Positions 57,620 to 64,000 of a DNA stretch of 64,000 nucleotides are shown here, piece after piece (positions within the stretch are counted from its first letter, which is position 1; each line of letters starts with the position of its first letter). Below the pieces are notes generated by a model. That model saw only the letters and a list, made by a program, of their open reading frames with translations, was not told the origin of the DNA and did not search any database. The DNA comes from a virus. The DNA lies in the IMG/VR virus record IMGVR_UViG_3300031088_000734; one strand, 5' to 3'. The translations under genes were made by a program, and so were the position numbers.

Positions 57620-58492
57620 TTGAAAAAAACTTTTCTATTTTTAATACTTATATTTTTAACATTCCAAGTTCAGGCTGGTTGGAAGAGCAAAGTTGCTATT
57701 GCTGGATTTAGTGAGCAATATATTGCTCGAACTATGATTACTGCTGTTTATGACGGAAAAAATATAGAACGGGCGATATCTATTGCAAAACAAGTATCAA
57801 AATCATCTTTTGGTCGCCAATATTTATATAATCTTTTATCTGATAATTTAATCACTGAGCCGTATGGCTTCGCTGCAACAAATGCGAAAACTATTATTGC
57901 TGGAGCTAACTTGGATACTCGTGATTTTAATAAAAAATTATCTTATGAGAAGTCTTATTATGATTCTCATGTTACACGATTAACTAATCTTGCTAGAGGT
58001 CTAAAAACTAATAAACGATATCAATGTATGAATAGACTTCAAATATATGATAAAGATGCTTACATTCCCATACATAATTATAGTTACCCTGTTAAAGAAT
58101 GGCATTTTGGCTCTTTTAAAGAATTAGCATCAGTTGATAAAATTTCTGATGACTTGGAGCATGATCATATCCCTTCTATAGCTGCTATATTAAGTTATCT
58201 TCAAAAAAGAGATGGTGGTAAACTACTAACTAGAAGTGATAAGTCTTATGGACAAATTGTTCATGATAATGCAACTTCATTAGAAGTTACAAAAAAAAAT
58301 CATCGAGCTGGTCGCACATCTGGCCGTAAAAACAGCCCAGCTCAAATACAACTCGATTCTTTGGATTTATCTTTAGCAACCATCAAGGACTTAGCAATAC
58401 ATTTCAAAACTAAAAAAACACTTACTCCACAAATGATACAATCATTTATTGATGTTTATGCAAGAAACCAGTATTTATGTTTATATATATGA
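57620..58492 (+). CDS. Signal-peptide-bearing protein with C-terminal His-Me/HNH-like nuclease toxin domain
   Basis: GGAGG SD before TTG; MKKTFLFLILIFLTFQVQA signal; LEHDHIPSIAA ... NHRAGRTSGRKN ... QLDSLDL motifs recalled from polymorphic toxin tips. Confidence 0.6.
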   Translation: MKKTFLFLILIFLTFQVQAGWKSKVAIAGFSEQYIARTMITAVYDGKNIERAISIAKQVSKSSFGRQYLYNLLSDNLITEPYGFAATNAKTIIAGANLDTRDFNKKLSYEKSYYDSHVTRLTNLARGLKTNKRYQCMNRLQIYDKDAYIPIHNYSYPVKEWHFGSFKELASVDKISDDLEHDHIPSIAAILSYLQKRDGGKLLTRSDKSYGQIVHDNATSLEVTKKNHRAGRTSGRKNSPAQIQLDSLDLSLATIKDLAIHFKTKKTLTPQMIQSFIDVYARNQYLCLYI

Positions 58493-58501
58493 GGATATTT
58501 A

Positions 58502-58957
58502 ATGAGAACTATTGATATTATGCGAAGTGAACTATATAAGAACTTATTGTTACAATCGTTCGATTTTGGCGAAAAAATTATTTTCAACAACATATTTCCA
58601 GATGATGTTTTAAATGATATACAGTCCCTTATAGCTTCTGAGACAATTGAAGACTACGCTTTTAAAACATTGAAAATATATGATTATGTTGAATTTTGCA
58701 TTATTTTTGATGATAGATATATAGGTGTTTTTAATAACAAGTATATTATTTGTTTTGATGAGCATACATTAGATTTTGAATTTATTGGTGATACTGTTTC
58801 TAATTGGATAGAGCATTTTGCTAAACATTCCTATGAAAAAGAAATCAATAATTTTAAATTAAAATGCCATGAACAATTTAATATTCCAGTCACTGACTAT
58901 GATGTATGGGATCGAGCACCATTGTTAGAAGTTGATGAGTTACTTTTAAAAAGATAA
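58502..58957 (+). CDS. Probable immunity protein (SMI1/KNR4-SUKH-like)
   Basis: Starts 9 nt after toxin stop; acidic; ICFDEHTLDFEFIGDTVSNWIE resembles the SUKH C-terminal pattern. Confidence 0.5.
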   Translation: MRTIDIMRSELYKNLLLQSFDFGEKIIFNNIFPDDVLNDIQSLIASETIEDYAFKTLKIYDYVEFCIIFDDRYIGVFNNKYIICFDEHTLDFEFIGDTVSNWIEHFAKHSYEKEINNFKLKCHEQFNIPVTDYDVWDRAPLLEVDELLLKR

Positions 58958-58967
58958 GGAAATTCCT

Positions 58968-60068
58968 TTGTTTAATTTATTTAATCGCTTCAAATCAAAA
59001 ATATCCCCTGCTGGTTTCTGGTGTGGAGATATTTTTGTGAGTCAAAATAATATTAATCTTGATGGTGGTGTTAAAACTATCTATTCTTGTTCTTTTTTAG
59101 ATTTCAAAATTGATCTTGAATATGACATCTATACTTATACAACTAATGTATTAGGTGTAAGCACAGCTTCTTTTAAGAATACGATTATCAATAAAGAAAA
59201 TCATAACATGAAATCAAGCTCATTGTCGCCTATTGAATATGCTAAAAAATATTTTAAAAACACCATTAAATATCTTCAAACACTGGACACAGAATCTTTA
59301 ACTGTTTCACTACCATTTTTTCAAACAGAAGCTTTACTTCAATCTAAAAGTCTTTGTATTAATTTGGCTTCTATATACATTTATGGACGTATTTACAATG
59401 TTGCCATAAGACAAGAAGAAACTGCCAGCTATAATTCTTACTTGAATAGATACAAAACATCTCTTCTGCATTCTTTTCAGATTATTACTTTTAACAATAT
59501 GGTATTTAATTATATTTATACTACTGAATATACATATCTTTCGAAAACATATAAAAAACAACTTGAACAACTTTATAAAATTAATAGTGATTTAACAACT
59601 TTATTAAAAAATGATATGTTTACATTACAACAATATAATTCAAAAGATCCATCAGTTCTTGTTAATCATGAGAAAAATGCTTTCTTGTTATATCAGGTCA
59701 TTAGATCTGAACAAGACTCTTTTGGTTCACATTTTGATCCTGTCGATGAGTTCTTTAATAATATCTCAATAGGTTTATTTTGGCTGGTTGATTTTGAACG
59801 GAAGCAAACTTCACTGCATATTTTAATTTATGATGATGACAAATTTGTTAAAGAATACAACCATTCGATGGAGACTAAATTTAATGATGATTTATTAGAT
59901 ATCAACTATTATTCAGGATATCTTAATAACATTGTTGATAAATTAGTTCATTGTTACTATCCACGACGCAAAATGATTGAGTTAATGGACAGTGAATCAT
60001 TGCTTGATACATTTGATGGAGTATTGAAAGAAGATGAATATTATTTGTTTAAGATGATGAATATTTGA
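58968..60068 (+). CDS. Hypothetical protein ending FKMMNI
   Basis: 366-aa ORF, AAGGA SD before TTG. Confidence 0.7.
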   Translation: MFNLFNRFKSKISPAGFWCGDIFVSQNNINLDGGVKTIYSCSFLDFKIDLEYDIYTYTTNVLGVSTASFKNTIINKENHNMKSSSLSPIEYAKKYFKNTIKYLQTLDTESLTVSLPFFQTEALLQSKSLCINLASIYIYGRIYNVAIRQEETASYNSYLNRYKTSLLHSFQIITFNNMVFNYIYTTEYTYLSKTYKKQLEQLYKINSDLTTLLKNDMFTLQQYNSKDPSVLVNHEKNAFLLYQVIRSEQDSFGSHFDPVDEFFNNISIGLFWLVDFERKQTSLHILIYDDDKFVKEYNHSMETKFNDDLLDINYYSGYLNNIVDKLVHCYYPRRKMIELMDSESLLDTFDGVLKEDEYYLFKMMNI

Positions 60069-60195
60069 TATTTTTTGCATTAATCATTAATGTATTTAAC
60101 AAATTTTTTCGTGTAATTTCTTTAATTTAATTTATTTTTTAATAATTTATGGTAATATATGAGTATTAGCTTATTAAAATAAGGAGTTTTAAGCA

Positions 60196-60576
60196 ATGCC
60201 GGTACAACATATTTCTTCAAATTATTCAGTAGAGGTTACACTTCAACAGTTTACAGACATTGAACATCGTGACAAAGAAGGAGCTAACATCCATGTTCGC
60301 TGGTTTGGTCTAAGTACATTACTTGAAGAAACTCTTAATTTTTACAATATCAAATATAATATTCATTTTGGCACTACTGTCTTTTTTCATGTGTTGGTTG
60401 AAGACTTAGCTAATATTGAAGTTGTCGAAGAAATCATTAATCAATACGCTAACAATATTTCTCTTTTGGATATTCTGGAATATGTAGACTCTAAAATAGC
60501 AATCAAAGAAAATTGTATCTCTCGCCTTGTTGCTGACAATGAATTTCTGGTTGGTTTGAACGACAGTTTCGATTAA
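60196..60576 (+). CDS. Hypothetical protein
   Basis: AAGGAG SD. Confidence 0.7.
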   Translation: MPVQHISSNYSVEVTLQQFTDIEHRDKEGANIHVRWFGLSTLLEETLNFYNIKYNIHFGTTVFFHVLVEDLANIEVVEEIINQYANNISLLDILEYVDSKIAIKENCISRLVADNEFLVGLNDSFD

Positions 60577-60599
60577 TATAATCTTTTGTCACAAATGTT

Positions 60600-61679
60600 T
60601 TAAATAAACATTGCTTCAATAACCATTAATTCATTTTTATCAAGTTCACCTTTTAATCTAAAACCAAAGGCTTCTCTGGATTCTTTGCTTATACACGTCT
60701 TATGTAATTCTGTCATCAACCATTTTCTAAATTTTTCGTCATTAATTGCCAGTTCTGTAAACATTGTTCTACCATTCCAAACGTAGTAATCGGAACTACT
60801 TTTTGAATGATAAATAACGTCAAAAGAATCTTTTTCGGCCATAATAACGTATGAAGGCACAGACATCATTTCTTCATTTCTTTTATTTTTAAAAATAGTT
60901 ATCTCTTGATTTTTTTTCCTATTTTCTTGTATATCTCGAATGGTCATATAATAGAAATTAATATCATTGAAACTTATTTCAATCACGCAATCTCTTGAAT
61001 GAAAAATGTCGCTAGTTGAGCTTAATTCAAAAAAATTAACTGGAGCAAATGTTAAACATTCACTTATCATCTGAAAATTATTTGATGTTTTTCTTTTATT
61101 GTAAAGATAATCACCAATTATTTTAACTTCGTTTTCAAATGCGTGATTTTTATGTTCTAGTCTATATAATCCTATATTATCTACAATGGTATAGGTATCT
61201 TTTATATTTTCTTTTTTCTTTATACTTAAGTTACTATTTTCTTTGCCTTTCAAAAAAGGATGTAATGGTAAATATTCAGATATATGTTTTGCGATTAACA
61301 GTATATGATTATTAAACTCTGTCGTCATCTTAAGATAGTTTTTACTTATCTTGTTTATTTTTGGAAACACTTGATTAACGTAGTCAAACCGTCCTTTTAA
61401 ATTATATTTATTATTCATCCTATAGTCTTTGCTATGTATTAGAAAGCTTTTAAAAATCAACAAATGCTTTACTTTATTTCTTCCGATAATAATGTATTCT
61501 TGCAATTCATTGCTCAATGATCTTTCAAAATACTTATTATCATCACTTTTTTCTTCAATATATTCATTGTTATTATATTTCTTAAAGTTTATTGCATATC
61601 TGTCAGATTGATTATAACCTTCTTGAATCAGTCTCCATGAGTAAGGTTTAAATATCTTTTGTATTATTTTCTTAAACAT
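60600..61679 (-). CDS. Family C paralog of 61692..62732
   Basis: KIIGD.LY, V.E..FN...FY, RKW.M.E..K.C.S...RE..G..L.G.L...EL.V.EA.FI shared. Confidence 0.75.
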   Translation of the reverse strand: MFKKIIQKIFKPYSWRLIQEGYNQSDRYAINFKKYNNNEYIEEKSDDNKYFERSLSNELQEYIIIGRNKVKHLLIFKSFLIHSKDYRMNNKYNLKGRFDYVNQVFPKINKISKNYLKMTTEFNNHILLIAKHISEYLPLHPFLKGKENSNLSIKKKENIKDTYTIVDNIGLYRLEHKNHAFENEVKIIGDYLYNKRKTSNNFQMISECLTFAPVNFFELSSTSDIFHSRDCVIEISFNDINFYYMTIRDIQENRKKNQEITIFKNKRNEEMMSVPSYVIMAEKDSFDVIYHSKSSSDYYVWNGRTMFTELAINDEKFRKWLMTELHKTCISKESREAFGFRLKGELDKNELMVIEAMFI

Positions 61680-61691
61680 TTCAAAATCCCT

Positions 61692-62732
61692 TTAAATAAA
61701 AATCGCTTCGACAACCAATAATTCGTCACCAGATAATGGGCCTTCCAATGTCAATCCTAGTTCTTCTCTATTTTTCAGACTCACACATTCTTTGCACATT
61801 TCAGATAACCACCATTTACGGATATCCTTATTTTCCATGAAATGGTTTCTCAACAGTGAATACACGACAAAGCTTGTTACCATATCAGTTGCTTCAATCC
61901 TGATTATTTTTTGAAATTTTGTATCGTCATGCATGATTCTAGAAAATGAGAATTTTGACATATCTGCATCTACGAGATTTTTAAAAACGATCATGTTTGT
62001 TTTTGGATTCTCTTGGTCATATTGACAAGCTTTTACATAAAAGAATACTTTGTTATTGAAATTGACCTCCATGACACTTTCTTTTTGCTGGGATTCATCG
62101 TCCAAGTGTGTTAGCCAGAACGTTTGTGCGTTTTCGAACTCAATACCACTGTCATCAAAATTTAATCCTAATGGCTTCATAGCGGTATCTTGAACTCGAT
62201 ATAAATGATCACCAATAATTTTAATGTCTTTTTCATCTAAACTTCCATCATGATTTAAATGATAAGTGTCTTTCAATTTTTTGTGCTTGGTTATAATGAA
62301 ATGACCATTATCATAGTTAAAGTTTTTTCTTTGGCTGACATAAAACCCTATTCTCGCTAAGGCTTTTTTATCCATTTCTTGGTATACTGATAGGTTTTTA
62401 TTGAATTCAGGTAGAAGGTTAACAACTGACATGTATTGTTGTCCGTTGGTTGGCCTTTTTGATTCGTAAGTCATTCGATAGACCATTAAGTCATCAATAA
62501 AAATCATGTGTACAATTTTTTCTTGATTGATGAATAAACAATCGTTGAATTCGTTTTCAGCTTCTTTTTTGAAAATGAGATAAGAGGATCTTGGATTAAC
62601 CTCACTTTTGACAATGCCGATATCTTGAAGGTATGATTCCTTAAAAAAATCTGGCTGCACTTGCACATAGCCTACATCATCCAATGTCAGATAATTAGGT
62701 TTAATGAGTGCGTTTACGAAGGATGTTAACAT
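61692..62732 (-). CDS. Family C paralog of 60600..61679
   Basis: As above. Confidence 0.75.
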   Translation of the reverse strand: MLTSFVNALIKPNYLTLDDVGYVQVQPDFFKESYLQDIGIVKSEVNPRSSYLIFKKEAENEFNDCLFINQEKIVHMIFIDDLMVYRMTYESKRPTNGQQYMSVVNLLPEFNKNLSVYQEMDKKALARIGFYVSQRKNFNYDNGHFIITKHKKLKDTYHLNHDGSLDEKDIKIIGDHLYRVQDTAMKPLGLNFDDSGIEFENAQTFWLTHLDDESQQKESVMEVNFNNKVFFYVKACQYDQENPKTNMIVFKNLVDADMSKFSFSRIMHDDTKFQKIIRIEATDMVTSFVVYSLLRNHFMENKDIRKWWLSEMCKECVSLKNREELGLTLEGPLSGDELLVVEAIFI

Positions 62733-62879
62733 AATAGTCCTCTTTATTTAAAATAACTTACATTGTATCAAAAAACCGTTAAATTGTCTATTTCTATTAT
62801 TTTTTTTTGTGATTGACATTGATCACCTTCTTTGTGATAATAATTGACTATTTTAAACCGAACAAAAAAGGTGATTACT

Positions 62880-63233
62880 ATGATTTTGAATAAATATGAG
62901 TTGGCACAAGCTGGTGATAAAATTACATTTCAAGTTCTTGTTAGAATTAAAGATGGATATAATTATAATCAAGGCAAGATTTATGATGGTCATGTTATTA
63001 AACACTACGGTTCTTCCACAGATGTCGAGTTTATTGGTGATGACGGATCTTTGGTTCAGACCACTATTGACCATAAACACGATCCAGAAAAAATTGAACT
63101 CATTATGAGTGATGAAGAATTTAAGAAACGTAAAGAAGAATGGCTTGAAAAAGCTATTGAAACAGCTAAAGTCAATGCAGAAGAAGCTTTTGTTAAACAA
63201 GTTGACTATCTGAAATCTATTCAATTCCGTTAA
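62880..63233 (+). CDS. Hypothetical protein
   Basis: AGGTGA SD. Confidence 0.7.
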   Translation: MILNKYELAQAGDKITFQVLVRIKDGYNYNQGKIYDGHVIKHYGSSTDVEFIGDDGSLVQTTIDHKHDPEKIELIMSDEEFKKRKEEWLEKAIETAKVNAEEAFVKQVDYLKSIQFR

Positions 63234-63308
63234 CTGAAAATAGTGTTGACCTCATTTTGTCATTTTGGTATAATCAAGTTGTCAAAATAATTTAATGAGG
63301 TTACCACA

Positions 63309-63683
63309 ATGCCTTCAAAAATTACGGTAAATCCTGTTTACAGCAGCAAAAAAGAAGCCGAAATTGTTAAATTATGCAAATATCACTTTATTGACCGATT
63401 GAACTTCTCAGGTGTTCAATATGACGCCATTCTCTTTGTGTCTACTGTCTTGAATGAAGGCATTAAACGTCTGGACACAGCAAAAATTGTCCACTTATCA
63501 CTTCCTGAACACTGTAAACCGACTTCTTTTGACATTTCCACTATTGAAATGTATTCAAAAGAATTCTTACACCACTTAAAAGAACGTCAAGTGTCTGGTA
63601 TGTTGTTTGATTACATCCACGGACTTGTTAAATCAGCAGTTGATGTTTTGGACAAAAGCCTCAATAGTTCAGTTAAACATTGA
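63309..63683 (+). CDS. Hypothetical protein
   Basis: GAGGT SD, promoter. Confidence 0.7.
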   Translation: MPSKITVNPVYSSKKEAEIVKLCKYHFIDRLNFSGVQYDAILFVSTVLNEGIKRLDTAKIVHLSLPEHCKPTSFDISTIEMYSKEFLHHLKERQVSGMLFDYIHGLVKSAVDVLDKSLNSSVKH

Positions 63684-63730
63684 TTAAATATTTGTTTTGA
63701 GTTATAATCCATTCATTTGGAGAGAACCTT

Positions 63731-64000
63731 ATGCGAAAATCAAACCTTGTTGAATTTACTGAACTGTTAGAGCATGCTGAAACTCTTGGTTATAACTGGA
63801 ATGACGCTTGTGTTTTTCTTGATGATTTTAGACCAAAGGATGAAGCTAACATTTGTTCTTTGAAGCTCAGTAATTTAAATAAAAAAGAAGGCACACCTGA
63901 ATTTGATACTATTATGGACGTTGAATATACAGCCAAAGTTAATCAAGTTCTAACTAGCTTTTTCCAAAAGCATAATGTTTTTGATATTGATATTTATTAA
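63731..64000 (+). CDS. Hypothetical protein
   Basis: GGAG SD; TAA at the last three bases. Confidence 0.7.
   Translation: MRKSNLVEFTELLEHAETLGYNWNDACVFLDDFRPKDEANICSLKLSNLNKKEGTPEFDTIMDVEYTAKVNQVLTSFFQKHNVFDIDIY

Noticed and set aside
1210-63224. Numerous ORF-track entries antisense to or nested in longer genes (e.g. 1253..1546, 11764..12294, 14326..14811, 29315..29725, 38250..38777, 48363..48848)
   Set aside because: Shadow frames of well-supported genes, with no SD and atypical composition
1-64000. Stop-codon reassignment as in some jumbo phages
   Set aside because: trpS, frr, cobB and the CDF gene are full length in the standard code, and TAA, TAG and TGA all act as stops

Overview
AT-rich, gene-dense 64 kb accessory region of a very large mobile replicon, most likely a jumbo phage or a giant plasmid of a Gammaproteobacterium. 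A DUF2790-like protein, lipoproteins and Spy/CpxP-like proteins point to a Pseudomonas-like host. The window has no virion, replication or conjugation hallmark gene, so phage versus plasmid cannot be decided here. Most genes are short single-gene cassettes with their own sigma70-type promoter (TTGnnn-17-TAnnnT) and a bidirectional intrinsic terminator. Recognisable genes: an N6-adenine DNA methyltransferase-like protein, a class I SAM methyltransferase, tRNA-Cys(GCA), a CDF zinc transporter, an HNH nuclease, a DEDDh exonuclease, TrpRS (trpS), ribosome recycling factor (frr), a Sir2/CobB deacylase, and a secreted His-Me-like nuclease toxin with a probable immunity gene. Many unknown genes fall into expanded paralog families with variable bodies and conserved C-terminal tails. 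Two non-coding features stand out. (1) An RNA island at 6.7-8.3 kb holds an aberrant tRNA-like gene, three copies of a covarying three-way-junction RNA and two further related structured segments. (2) Around frr there is a cluster of strong Shine-Dalgarno minigenes (M-stop, MQI, MQN in ~110 bp tandem repeats, plus MSII, MSGDAS and MWKAGNQP), which suggests an undescribed ribosome/tRNA-sequestering or recycling-sensing module. All calls are by eye from motifs; no database searches were run. Many start codons were moved from the ORF track to the SD-supported start.
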